A stretch of 64,000 bases of DNA from Octopus vulgaris. Its lineage: Eukaryota. Made by a program: the position numbers and the translations under genes. Below the pieces are notes generated by a model. That model was given only the letters and a program-made list of their open reading frames with translations, was not told the origin of the DNA and searched no databases. This document shows, piece after piece, positions 11,563 through 24,541 of this stretch (position 1 is its first letter; every line of letters starts with the position of its first letter). Location of the stretch: assembly GCA_951406725.2 (NCBI GenBank), contig OX597816.1, forward strand, positions 20,088,001 through 20,152,000. Reading direction: 5' to 3'.

Positions 11563-14204
11563 ATGATGAGTTGAAACTTAACTGCAAATGCTATGTTACA
11601 TCCTATGATTAAGCACTCTTGTTGGATTATATATATTCGTATCTGCTCAGCATATTCGCTCTCAATAAAATGTGGCATGTATAATATGTCACTATTTTTA
11701 CGCGCTCCGGCCGTACGATTGATGCAAAAAGAATTGCCAAGAATACTGACGATTGGCAAATGTAGATTTTCTTCGCCGATTGGCAATGGTAGTTTTTTTT
11801 GCTTTTATTTTATTGTTGATTTTTTTTTTTACATCTTTGTGAAAAAATACATTTGTGCTAAACCTCAGACATCCTTACCAACTTCAGTCGAGAGAGAGTA
11901 TGTCTCTTTCTTTAGTTGTGATGAATGCTTCAGACTATATTGTTAGTAGGTTGTATTTCTATCGATACTTTCATACAAAGCAAACATTGCCACGTCCTCT
12001 TTCAAACAGGCAGATAAAATATTCTGTGCACAAATATCATATATTGGATAAGTTCTTATTTATCAAAGGATTATGTCTAAGTAATAAAAAAGATCAATAA
12101 TTATACCTATAAACTATCGATAAATATAAGCAGGACGGCGTTGGAAACAGAACAATATAAAATGGATATTTTAAGTTTGGATGATGTAATATCGTGCGAG
12201 AACGTGACATTAACCATAAAGCAGGTTGTGTATGGAACTATATTTTTATACTTCTTCAGAATTTCAGCACATTTATAACAATACGTATTGTTGCATTATG
12301 AATTGATCCTTCCAAGGGAAGATTTCTAGAAATAGTTACGTTATACTTTCCTGGAAGTAAAAGCTCTTTTTCAAAAGATATCTGTGTTATAAGCGTTGCT
12401 GCAAATGCTAATTTTATTCATGTGAGGATTCTCCGAAAATACTTGGAAGCTGAACGTGATTTTTTTCTTTCAGACACGTTCGTTATTAAAAATTATTTTT
12501 ATTTGAACTAGTGTCATTGGTGGCGGTTGTGATATTCTTTATATTCTTTCCCCAACGTGATGACGTTTTTATAGAATTTTTATAATTATGTTTTAACTCG
12601 AAACGAATTTGGGAACAGTGCATGACGTGTATTGCTTGTTATTGACAATATATTCCGACAACGTTTTGCCTCATTATACAGAGAAACATAATTAAATGTA
12701 TGTATCTAGTGTAATTCACTATTTCTGATACACTGACTGATATAATATAATGTCAGTCTCAGTATTGTCTTATTATAACGCAAGCAAAAATTTCATTATA
12801 GGAAAATACGGCTGACCTAACTGCAAATGTATGTTTTTCATTCCAAAACCATATTAAGGATGTTACTGTAAGCATATTGCTTCTTGACGATTCACGATAT
12901 ATAATATATAACAATCTCACTGAATTACATTATTTTCATTATTAGGCAAAATAATAATACTTCAAATTTGAACACTCCTTACTGCATCGGATCACATGCT
13001 CAACGCATTTCTTCTGGCTCTTTAGCTTCAGAATTCACAGCCCTCTACGGATAACTTTGCCTTTTGTACTTTCGAACTCATTAGATATTACTAGTTAATT
13101 TCTGGGATCGATGTAATCGACTTTCCCCTCTTTTCATAATTGTTTGCCTTGTACCAAAATTAGACAGAACTTTTATGCAAAATTGTTAGAATAATTCGCG
13201 TCAATAATTCATTCATTTCAATATAGACACGCATTTCAATTTACACAACTATTGAAAACTTTCGTTTGTCAAAGTAAAGTTGTTAATCAAAAATCTATCA
13301 TTATTTTTGCCATTATTTTTTCCTTGACGTACGGAACATATTTAAAAAAAAACAAACAGTTATATAAAATGTTATTTTCTCGTTTTTCTGTACCGAGATG
13401 CTCGATATGTTCTAGGCTATAAGATTTAGAATTTCGATTTTTTTCGATCTCATTTATCTTTGTACTAGCATTGTCTTTTTAGTAGTTTCCTGATGTGGTC
13501 ATATTTTAACTGGACACTATAGTGACATTTGAAACATTACGTTAGTAAGAAAAGATACTTATTTGAAAAGAAAATCCCTTTAGCAATGCCCCAGTATATA
13601 TTCGTTTTCTAAATAATACATATTCTATCCATGGCTGCAATGCAAATTAAATGTGGATTAATTTACCAGTGAACATTTGGAAATCATTAGCAAAGACAAA
13701 GATCCGATGTATGGCAGACAAAGAGGATAAGTCGAATAAAAATATATATGTATTTAATTTCATTAAATCATTTTGTTAATTGCATTGCTTATTACCTAAA
13801 ATACATCATGTACTCGTAACACTCGTAACAATCAGTGAGTTTTCTAAACGGATAAACGTTTGTGTCTAGCTCGCAAAGAAGTAGTACAAATATTACGATG
13901 AAGCCATTATCAGTCATATTAAAATCAAGAAAAAACGAATGTTTTCATTGTAATAAATGCATAAAAAGTAGCAAAAATATTGCTTCAAGTTATGTTGCAT
14001 CGCCAAAAATGATTATACCAGTGCCTAGTACAAGAAGTAACAATCGAAAAGAAGCGCTAGATTTATGCGGTTCGTAAAATAAAATGTGAAACGAGAAATA
14101 TCTCTAAATGTGTAATTCTTATTCCTGAAGAATCTGTTACGTCGACAAACTTTACTCAAATTCATAACTGCTGTAACTTGAAATCTTTGCTAATGTATTG
14201 AGCA

Positions 14205-14659
14205 TGAGTGGCTGTGTGGTAAGTAGCTTGCTTACCAGCCACATGGTTCCGGGTTCAGTCGGGCAAGTGCCTTCTACTATAACTTTGGCCCGACTAAAGC
14301 CTTGTGTGTGGATTTGGTAGACGAAAACTGAAAGAAAAGAAGCTCGTCGTATATATGTATGTGATCACCGTGACCGACCAGGCTATCAGATGTTGCTAAA
14401 CATCGCTGGTCACAATGCACTTCGCATTGTTTTCTAGCCTTAAAATGACGCCACCCTGCTGGCTAAGCGAGCAGACCAACAGAAGAAAGAGTGAGAGAAA
14501 GTTGAGGCGAAAGAGTACAGCAGGGATCGCCACCACCCTCTGCCTGAGCCTTTAGGTGTTTTCGCTCAATAAACACTCACAACGCCCGATCTGGGAATCG
14601 AAACCGCGATCCTTCGACCCCGAGTCCGCTGCCCTAACCACTGGGCCATTGCACCTCCA

Positions 14660-14758
<99 letters not shown>

Positions 14759-14975
14759 GTGTGTGTGTGTTTGCACCCCCCCCCGCCAAAGCAAAATCCG
14801 CTTCACAACCGATGCTAGTATGTTTACGTCCCCATGACTTAACGGTTCGGCAAAAGTGACCGAATAAATACTAGACTTCCAAAGAAAAGTCCTGGGGTCG
14901 ATTTGCTCGACTGAAGGCAGTACTCCTGCATGGCCGCAGTCAAATGACTGATACGAGTAAAAGAATAAAAAAGAG
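14205..14975 (+). mobile_element. SINE A interrupted by a SINE C variant
   Basis: Head 14205-14350, tail 14760-14975; insertion sits in the internal TA tract. Confidence 0.8.
14362..14659 (-). mobile_element. SINE C, tail variant 2
   Basis: Same tRNA-like head as 16509 copy (GGAGGTGCAATGGCCCAGTGGTTAGGGCAG) with a different 3' half. Confidence 0.85.
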
Positions 14976-15527
14976 ATGATTCAGACTCCCACTTGGGTTC
15001 GCCACATGCGTGCGAATTACAAGAACATATTTGAAACTAATGAATTATTACGTATAAAAATAATATAATCGCAAGAGATTGCTCACAAAAAGACAAAACA
15101 ATAGAAAATATGGAATCAAAAAATTCAAATGACAAAATATCAGCATTCAGAACAGGAAGCAGAAATGTAGAACAACCGAAAGTAAATGAAACAAAGAAAA
15201 TAACATATGCACTTTTACGGTGTTTTGCTTATGTACTGTTACAGAATATTGATGCAAACATCAATATTCTGAAGTACGGAGTAAACGCACTGCATACATC
15301 GAAAAATGCATACTTCTTTAAACATTGAAAGTCAGGCAAACAACATTAAAATCAATCTACAAAAATATAATACATCTCTCAATCAATACTACCGAAATAC
15401 AAATATAAAATGTAGATGAAATCAAATAGCGCTTTAATACAAGTGAATTTCTCTAAACTGTAATGAATGTGTAGGCTATGAAATATAATAGTATATTTAA
15501 ATTAAATGAGGAATATATCTCTAACTG

Positions 15528-15694
15528 TAGGCGCAGGAGTGGATGTGTGGTAAGTAGCTTGCAAACCAACCACATGGTTCCGGTTTCATTCCCACTGCGT
15601 GGCATCTTGGGCAAGTGTCTTCTGCTATAGCCCCGGGCCGACCAATGCCTTGTGAGTGGATTTGGTAGACGGAAACTGAAAGAAGCCTGTCGTA

Positions 15695-15749
<55 letters not shown>

Positions 15750-15958
15750 TTGTGTGTGTTTGTGTGTCTGTGTTTGTCCCCCTAGCATTGCTTGACAACA
15801 GATGCTGGTGTGTTTACTTCCCCGTCACTTAGCGGTTCGGCAAAATAGACCGATAGAATAAGTACTGGGCTTACAAAGAATAAGTCCCGGGGTCGATTTG
15901 CTCGACTGAAGGCGGTGCTCCAGCATGGCCGCAGTCAAATGACTGAAACAAGTAGAAG
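15528..15958 (+). mobile_element. SINE A
   Basis: Full-length copy. Confidence 0.9.
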
Positions 15959-15967
15959 GGTACTGTT

Positions 15968-16030
15968 TCAACGGCGGTGCATCAGCATGGCCGCAGGTCT
16001 GAGATGAAACTAGAAAAAAGAAAAAAAAAA
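15968..16030 (+). mobile_element. Isolated LINE 3' tail with poly(A)
   Basis: ACGGCGGTGCATCAGCATGGCCGCAGGTCTGAGATGAAACTAG matches the tail of the LINE at 54562-54612. Confidence 0.75.
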
Positions 16031-16508
16031 CCCAGCTAATATTACTTACAATTATGTGAAATAAAAAACGGCCTTACGTATATCCATCAACGTAAATATG
16101 TTCGATGCAGAAATCGCAATAGTTGAATGCTATAACCATGATGTTAAACTCAGGGATATTCTACGAAAAGTAACAGCCAAGAAATTAACCGAAATACAAC
16201 AAAATTAATATTAGGAAGATCATTGAGATAAAAGAAAACTCTTCTTTAGATTAAAATAACCCTCACAATGTTGTTTCAAAGGATTCATAATAGCTTCATG
16301 AACCATACCGACCGAATCTATGGCTAACGGCTATGAAACGCATATTAATCAACAACGCCAAAAAATTGTGTTGTAATTCAGAGGTATTATCCAAAATCAC
16401 TGCTGTGATAAATAGGTGAACGTTTAAAATAAGTTCTCTGTTTTATAAACTTAGTGATCCCCGAGAAAAAATTCAATAAGACATTCATCATGAATGTTAT
16501 TAAAGATT

Positions 16509-16893
16509 GTGGAGGCGCAATGGTCCAGTGGTTAGGGCAGCGGACTCGCGGTCGTAGGATCGCGGTTTCCATTCCCAGACCGGGCGTTGTGAGTGTTTAT
16601 TGAGCGAAAACACCTAAAGCTCCACGAGGCTCTAGCAGGGGATGGTGGTGATCCCTGTTGTACTCTTTCATCACAACTTTCTCTCACTCTTACTTACTGT
16701 TTCTGTTGTACCTGTATTTCAAAGGGCCCGGCCTTGACACTCTCTATGTCACGCTGAATATCCCCGAGAACTACGTTAAGGGTACACGTGTCTGTGGAGT
16801 GCTCAGCCACGTACACGTTAATTTCACGAGCAGGCTGTTCCGTTGATCGGATCAACCGGAACCCTCGTCGTCGTTACCGACGGAGTGCTTCCA
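16509..16893 (+). mobile_element. SINE C, tail variant 1
   Basis: tRNA-like A/B boxes; collinear with 23712-24063 and 24958-25339. Confidence 0.9.
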
Positions 16894-17329
16894 TATTAAA
16901 GTTTATGAATGTAGTGTTCAATAAATTGATACCTGAAGACTGTAGGAACACAGTAAGTTTATGCATAACGTGTATCAATTATCACGATATATTTTGGAAT
17001 ATTTTATTGCTTTTATTTTGCGGCTGTGGATTCACTTCACATTGTGTAAAAATCATTTTTGTTTCGTAGAAGTAGTGCCAGAATGACTAGAGTTTTACGA
17101 AGGATGTGTCTGATTTTTTTAAGGATGACAATCCTTTCTGCAGGGCACATGGTTGTGAAGATGTTTTTGATCACTCTACTCAAGAACGGATAGTGAAAAG
17201 TAGTTTCATTCTATATAAAATGTGACAATGAGCTACGCAAAGAAAAAAATTATTTATACTTCTACTTAATATCAGGAAAGGGAAAAGGAAACTAAATTAT
17301 GGAATCAATCAAACTAAAAAAAAACAACT

Positions 17330-17810
17330 AAATGTCAAGAGTATGGAAGACATGACACATAAAATGGTTAAAATAAAACCAAAAAAGGTGTCCATGAATA
17401 GCCAGTTCTCACCAGGAAGTGAGAAAATCTTCACCTAATCTTCGCCATGTCAAAGACTATTCAGAAATAAAAGACAGAAGCCGAATGTCAATTAGATATT
17501 GAAAAACTTCAGCATAAATAAATAAAAAACATTTCTTTTTTCGATGCCAAATCCTCAAAGATGGGTTTCTCATATGATGATAACAATGTTGATGATGATC
17601 ACGGTGAGGATTCCTTACATTTACAACAATATTAAGTTTTACCAAACACTAGAAAAGAGTAAATGACAGCAGCATGTTTTTTTTTTATTTGTATTTATTG
17701 CTACCCGAAAATGACGAATAGGATTCTATTCGTTCGGTGCTCAAATTACAAATGGAAAGAGACAACAATATACAGTAAGGTATTTTACCCAATTTTTCAG
17801 TAACATTCAT
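17330..17810 (+). mobile_element. Highly decayed R4/Dong-like RT core fragment
   Basis: Weak remnants (A*INKK..F.SMP..WV; GEDSL) upstream of and co-oriented with the clearer 18720-19480 piece. Confidence 0.35.
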
Positions 17811-18719
17811 GAAAGCATCAACAACAAGCAGCAACAAGGAGGACAAGAATGGAACTGAATAATAGATTTGATGGGAACATATTCGGTTTACGGATACTTC
17901 CATGTAAAAGGATTTAACCTCGTCCGTTCAGAGTGAAGTCAATCGACAACAGCAGTCTAGCGCAAACACAATTCATGAAAAGACAGAACGCAAAACAACT
18001 CTTTTTTTAAAACAGAAAACCTGAATTGCGAATTCTGTTGTTTCTGGGGAGAGTCGTTTTCTTTTTGTGCCTTATAATGTAACATACTCACGTGTAAAAT
18101 TTCCACTTATTTCTTATTTTTATTTTCCTAAAACTTGTGTTGCGGATTCCTTACGAAACAAATATTAAAGTTTGTGTTCTAAGTCACAATTTCTGAATAA
18201 TATATTCTTCTAATTCAATTTGATAATTCATGGCAGGGATTCACTTTACTTGCTTCGAAGTTTTAGTCATAAGTGTTGCTGTTACGAAGAGATATTTGTA
18301 GCTTAATATTAGCCAGTGCATATATTGATGTGGTCTACCTTCTTAATGCTACCAAATGACAATTTGGGGGCTTTCTTCTTTTATATCGTAGCGATACCTG
18401 CTTACATCCATATATCCATATATTGCTGTCTTTTTCTGTACAAAATTTGAAGGATATATTTATTATCAATATATTGTTTCGTAATTAAAGTAATACTTCC
18501 AAGCATCACTTTGTCCATATTCACTTCTATTTTTGAGAGGTATGGCGGAAAATACGTATAACTTGTTCTGTAGGTGATATGTAAATCAAATACATGTTCT
18601 CCTAAAATATATACAGCTTTTCAATTTTCTTTTATCGAATTCTGTGATGAGAGTTCCACCACAAAATGTACGTAGTTTTTATACACGAAAGTTCTGAAAA
18701 AGGGAAACATTTTCCACTT

Positions 18720-19480
18720 GTGAAATACATCTTCATTTCAAGCTAGGTGTAAATAAGCGTTTATGTTTCTTCGCAGTGAATAATAAAATAAGAACAAAAG
18801 TAGAATAAGGAAGGTACCCGAAACGAAATAAAATAGCGGGTATATCATTAGAGACATTAATACATCGAGTATGCGAGTATTTAGATACCTTACTTCCTTC
18901 CCGAGATGGAAAAAAAATATGAGCAACGCAACTTAGATAGAACAACTAGAAAGGTATTCACAATGGACACCGCAATGCACAATGCACTGTAGAAGTTATC
19001 TCTTCAATCCATTTCTATCTAGAATGGAAGGTGGCAGAAGATTGCAAAACGGATGAAACACCGTTAGTACTGAGATACTGGGTTTGAAAAATAATATTGT
19101 GCAGAATGAAGACAGATATCCACAGAGTTACCAAACAAATGGAGAATTGAAAGAAGAAAGAATAAACAACAGGACAAATAAATGAAAAGACATGAAATTA
19201 CACGGTCCATGCAAAAAGTCAAGAATTTTGAAAGCAAAGTACTCTGGCTCTGATTAAGGAAAGGGAACTTAAAACGTGAAACGGAAACGTTAATTGTAGC
19301 CCCTCCGGAACATTCCAATAGACATCGGCAAAATTCCTAGGCAAATATTAGCAAAACTCACTCAGGCAGTAAATGTAGATACTGTATGACTGGAGACTCA
19401 AGTATTAAAGAAGTTTAAGTGCAAGCCAGCTCCACTGCATAGGAAAAGAGATCTCCAGAATAGACCCATTCACCCGCACT
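18720..19480 (+). mobile_element. Decayed R4/Dong-clade non-LTR retrotransposon (RT thumb to zinc finger)
   Basis: Ordered motifs across frames: NSGYIIRDINT..RVFRY, LDRTTRKVFTM, SRMEGGRRL, KDMKLHG, LWL*LRKGNLKRETETLIVA, SKCRYC. Confidence 0.8.
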
Positions 19481-19574
19481 AGCCTTGCCACACTCAACCG
19501 CCTTTCAGTAAACACTAGGATCACTAAACGGCGTTTCAAACAATTGATGAAACCTTGGTTAAATAAGAAAGTGC

Positions 19575-19664
19575 ATTATTATTATTCAGGTCACTCCCTG
19601 GAATCGAACTGGGGAACTTGGGGTTAGGAGCCCGCCGCGCTCTTAACCACTACACCATAAGTGA

Positions 19665-19680
<16 letters not shown>
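19575..19680 (-). mobile_element. Short tRNA-like element bracketed by 21-bp inverted repeat
   Basis: A box TGGTGTAGTGG and B box AGTTCGATTCC on minus strand; arms 19575-19595 and 19660-19680. Confidence 0.65.
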
Positions 19681-19722
<42 letters not shown>

Positions 19723-19887
19723 TATAATAATTATAATAATAATAATAAGAAGAAGAAGAAGAAGAAGAAGGAGGAGAAGAAGAAGAAGAAGAAGAAGAAG
19801 AAGACTAAGAAAAAAGAAGGAGAAGGAGAAGAAGAAAAAGAGCATGTTTTCAACATGATGATGATGATGATGATGATGATGAAGAGG

Positions 19888-19926
<39 letters not shown>

Positions 19927-19951
19927 GTGATGGTGATGATGATGGTGATGG

Positions 19952-20015
<64 letters not shown>

Positions 20016-20140
20016 GGTGGTGGTAGCGGTTCTGGTAGTGGTGGTGAGGGTGGTATTGGTGGCGGTGGTCATGTTGGTGGACGATGATGTCGATTCGATA
20101 ATGATAACGACGACGAAGACGACGACGATGATGACGATGA
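19669..20140. repeat. Compound trinucleotide microsatellite (AAT)(AAG)(ATG)(GTG)(ACG)
   Basis: Direct inspection. Confidence 0.95.
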
Positions 20141-20511
20141 GGAACAACAAAGCACCTTCGCTCAACAGATCGAAAATTCATATCTGTCTTCTGAAAATTT
20201 CAACAACAGAAATAAAATTAAACGAAAACCGTTATCCATGTAAATCGTCGCCGATTAAAAGAATTTATTGTCGAACAAATGGGAATATCTTTACAAATGA
20301 TATTTTTAATAAAATTTGAAATGATCATTTTCATTTAAACAATTTATGACAACAACGTAACTTGATTTTGACTTCAATCTTATTTCATTCACAAGTATTT
20401 AAATTAAAGAAGCAGTCAATTTCCATCAGTTATCCTAGACTGATGCACACGTACACGCATATGCATATACAGATACACCCACATAAATATGTAAACATAT
20501 ATATTTGTATA

Positions 20512-20559
<48 letters not shown>

Positions 20560-20562
<3 letters not shown>

Positions 20563-20776
20563 TTTATTTAAAGCAGCAGAAAATTCAACAAAACATGTTA
20601 CTTTGAGTTTCACGTTGCCGTTCGTCAGCAAAACTGTCCGACGAACCGCAACGTTAAACTCAGAGTAATAGGTTTTGTTGAATTTTCTGCTGCTTTAAAT
20701 AAAGCATATTACTCTACACTGGTATTTGAGTACTCTTTTTTCCACCTTGTTTCACATTTATGTGTTTACTCCGGTA
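20560..20776 (+). mobile_element. Penelope-type terminal repeat fragment with 5' inversion and minimal hammerhead cores, within (TA)n
   Basis: ~65-bp inverted repeat 20560-20626 / 20640-20704; minus arm reads CTGACGA-ACG-GCAA-CGT-GAAA-CTCAAAGTA. Confidence 0.75.
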
Positions 20777-20886
20777 TATATATATATATATATATTTATG
20801 TGTGAATGTTTATATATATATATATATAGATAGATAGATATATAGATAAATAAATAGATATATACATACATATACATATATATACA

Positions 20887-21012
20887 CGAGTGGCTGTGTG
20901 GTAAGTAGCTTGCTTACAAAGAATAAGACCTGGGGTCGATTTGCTCGACTAAAGATGGTGCTCCAGCATGGCCGCAGTCAAATGACTGAAACAAGTTAAA
21001 GAGAGTAAAGAG
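20887..21012 (+). mobile_element. SINE A with internal deletion
   Basis: Head joined to tail through GCTTAC microhomology. Confidence 0.8.
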
Positions 21013-21649
21013 TATATATATGCATGCATATACATGTACATACGTATATATATACATATACATTCATATATATATACATGCATAAACACATACAATACCA
21101 ATATATGTGTGTGTATATAATATATTATTTATATAGAACATACACATATTTGTGTGTGGAAGTATGAGTGCGTGAGTGAATAAGTTCGAATTTTTGCGTT
21201 TTTGATATACATCTTTCTTGTTCATTTTATATTTCAGAAATAAACATTAATAATTACAAATGCATAACTTAATCACTATATTTCGTACACTTGTCGGTTC
21301 CGTAATTTTGGCAGTTACACACATTTTCTGGGCGTCTGTGTTTATTATTTTCTTTCTGTTGTTTTTTGCATATTTATACCCTTAATATATTTACTTATAA
21401 CCGTTCACTTTTCTCACGTCGAATCTTTAATAAAATGGAAGCATCGGTGTTAATCTTGTAAACGTGTCGAGAGAAATGAAGATATTTTTACAAGCTTATC
21501 ACCTTAATTTACACAAATTATAATGGACATTCATAATTGCTCAGAAGATAATACGGAAGAATTTTCTAAAAACTAGGATAATCAAATCTGAATAAAGGAA
21601 ATTGAATTAAGGGGAATGTTTGGAAGTAAATAGGAAAATGTATCTGTCT

Positions 21650-21682
21650 TACAGAATATCTCTTAAGCCTTAGATCCTCCAT
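21650..21682 (-). CDS. Candidate first coding exon (MEDLRLKRYS, then GTAAGA donor)
   Basis: GCAATGG start context and splice donor in a unique, GC-richer island with upstream CCGGAA/GCGGAAG motifs; no partner exon identified. Confidence 0.3.
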
Positions 21683-21967
21683 TGCTGTCAGCACAACAGA
21701 CAGCGACGTTTCACCAAACAAACTGATTGCAGGCTTCCCAACACTTAGTCTTCTTCCGCTTTCCGGTGGAAGTTTGTCTCTCGCTCCGTTAATCGGAGCA
21801 CATGTCCAGGAAATAATAAGGTTTTGATTTAAGTATATCGACACTCATATACACAAATGTCCAAGGTATCATATATATATCCATATATGCAGTTAAGTCC
21901 ACACGCACAATCATACAAGCACTGACACACGTACATACAAGCATGCGTACATACATTTGTAATAATC

Positions 21968-22440
21968 GATTTTACTCTTTTTCTTGTTTCGGTCACTAGC
22001 CTGTGGCCATGCTGGGGCACCGCCTAGGTCGATTTTAGTCAAATGAATCGACACCAGTATATATTATTCTTAAGCTTCGCACGCATCCTAACGGGCCCTT
22101 TTGCTAAGCTGCCAAGGTACAGAGACATTAACAAAGCAACGTTGGTGGTAGTGGTGGTGGTGGTGGTGGTGGTGGTGGTGGTGGTGGTGGTAGTGGTGGG
22201 ACTAACACAGACGCAAACACATACACGTACACGCATATGTGTGTATCTATATATGTGTGTATTTGCGTTTGCCTCCCACAAATGCTCGACAAATAATCGT
22301 GGTTTGTTTCCGCCGCCCTCTCCCAACTAACATAGCGGATATGTAAGAGATAGAATAAATACTAAGCTTAACAAAATAGGTATTGTGATGAAAAAAAATA
22401 GTGTGCAGCACGGCCGCACTCCAGTGACCAAAACATGTGA
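21968..22440. mobile_element. Degenerate SINE A-like halves around a (GTG)n tract
   Basis: Tail motif on minus (21968-22140) and on plus (22255-22440). Confidence 0.55.
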
Positions 22441-23711
22441 AAGATAAAAATTAAACAAAAAAATAAAGGAACAATTTAGAATCAAATCTAAGTTGAGAAA
22501 TAGTTTCGAAGTGAGGAACGTGAAATGAAATGAAGAAGAACAAGGACAGAACAACAAAATTGTAAGATAATAGAAAGACGGAAAAGAGAAAGAATTTAAG
22601 AATTAGAAATTATAAACAAGAAAAGAACTGAACGAAAAAAATTGCAGTTAATTAATTTGACAAATTTTAAAACGGCAATTATAGATTTGCACATAGAGCT
22701 GAGAAAATGTCTTTAAAATTTCATAGTATATTTTGTATATAACTGTATATGTTGTTTATATATAGCTAACGCAAATCAAATTAACATTCGGTGTATGTAT
22801 ATGGTTATATATGGAGAGGTAGATATATGCACGTGCACACACATAAACGGTATATACATACATCCGTACAGACATACAAACAAATATATACACATGTATA
22901 CATATATTTGTTTGAGTATGATGATGTGCACAAATATATAGATGTATAAATGCCATACACACGCAAACACACAGACACATACACACATATGGATGGATGG
23001 ATGGATGGATGGATGTATATAGAGAAAAAGAATGAAGGAGGAATATCGTCTATAAATGTTTTGTTTTTGTTATATCAAAACGCATTTCTATTCCTGAGGC
23101 TAATTTGATTTTCGTAAATAATTTGAAATATAGTCTCCACTTAAAGAATTGTTAAGTATTTCCATATTTTGTATATCTATTATGTCTTTCTATATAGGAT
23201 GAAATATTTTCTCTTTTCTAAACGTTGTTATTTTTGAAAATTATCCATATTTAAAATTATATTAATTAGGCCCTGTTAAGTCCATTATCTATAATTAACT
23301 GCTGTATTTTTTAATCCGATTTGCATATACATATATATGTGAAATCATACAAACTGACAGCCATCCATATATATATATATATGTAGTTATATGTATATGT
23401 ATGTATATGTATATGTACGTGTGAGTGTGTATATGTTTGATTTAGTGTGTCAGTGTATAAATTACTGAGTAAGCTATTTCCGTGCTTCCCCAACGCCTAT
23501 TATATTGAACTAATTCATAAATATAGGAGCATGATAAACTGTGTATATATTGCTTGAGTTTAATTAAGAAAAAGTACCAATTTAGTTAGGATATGTGCGA
23601 TTGAATCATATCGCCTTAAAGAGATTTTATATACATTTCAGTTATCAAGTGAATGTCCTATAACAGCTTTACGTGTAAGTAAAAAGTAATTTACATAACT
23701 ACTTATTCATA

Positions 23712-24063
23712 TGGAAGCACTCCGTCGGTTATGACGATGAGGGTTCCGGTTGATCCGATCAACGGAACAGCCTGCTCGTGAAATTAACGTGTAAGTGGCT
23801 GAGCACTCCACAGACACGTGTACCATTAACGTAGTTCTCGGGGATATTCAGCGTGACACAGAGAGTGACAAGGCCGGACCTTTGAAATACAGGTACAACA
23901 GAAACAGGAAGTAAGAGTGAGAGAAAGTTGTGGTGAAAGAGTACAGCAGGTGGAGCTTTAGGTGTTTTCGCTCAATAAACACTCACAACGCCCGGTCTGG
24001 GAATCGAAACCGCGATCCTACGACCGCGAGTCCGCTGCCCTAACCACTGGGCCATTGCGCCTC
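23712..24063 (-). mobile_element. SINE C, tail variant 1
   Basis: Collinear with 16509 copy; short TSD ATTCATAT. Confidence 0.9.
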
Positions 24064-24294
24064 TCATTCATATACGTTCAATTCAATATAGCTTTATCAC
24101 TTACGCACTCATGGACTGACTGACTCACCCACTCACTCACTTACTTAGCCACTCTTTCCCTCCCTCCCGAACTGATGATGCTGGTAAACACACGACCCAA
24201 TAGAGGTCCCATTAATATAACAAATTCATATATTACAAGTCATGTCACCGTCGAAATTGTAATTTGATACGCACCCAACACACCCATATATATA

Positions 24295-24508
24295 TACTCT
24301 TTATTCTTTTACTCTTTTACTTGTTTCAGTCATGTGACTGTGGCCATGCTAGAGCAGTGCCTTAAGTCGAGCAAATCGAATCCAGGACTTATTGTTTGTA
24401 CGCCTTGTACTTATTCTATCGGTCTCTGTTGCCGAAGGGGACGTGCACAGCATCGGTTGTCAAGCGATGTTGGGGGGGGAGGGGACAAACACAGCCACAC
24501 AAACATAC

Positions 24509-24541
<33 letters not shown>

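Noticed and set aside
16509-16585. tRNA gene
   Set aside because: tRNA-derived SINE head continuing into SINE body in every copy
19618-20319. 233-aa, 185-aa and 144-aa ORFs
   Set aside because: Homopolymeric translations of trinucleotide microsatellites
24168-24215. CTGATGA hammerhead candidate
   Set aside because: No GAAA or paired stems downstream
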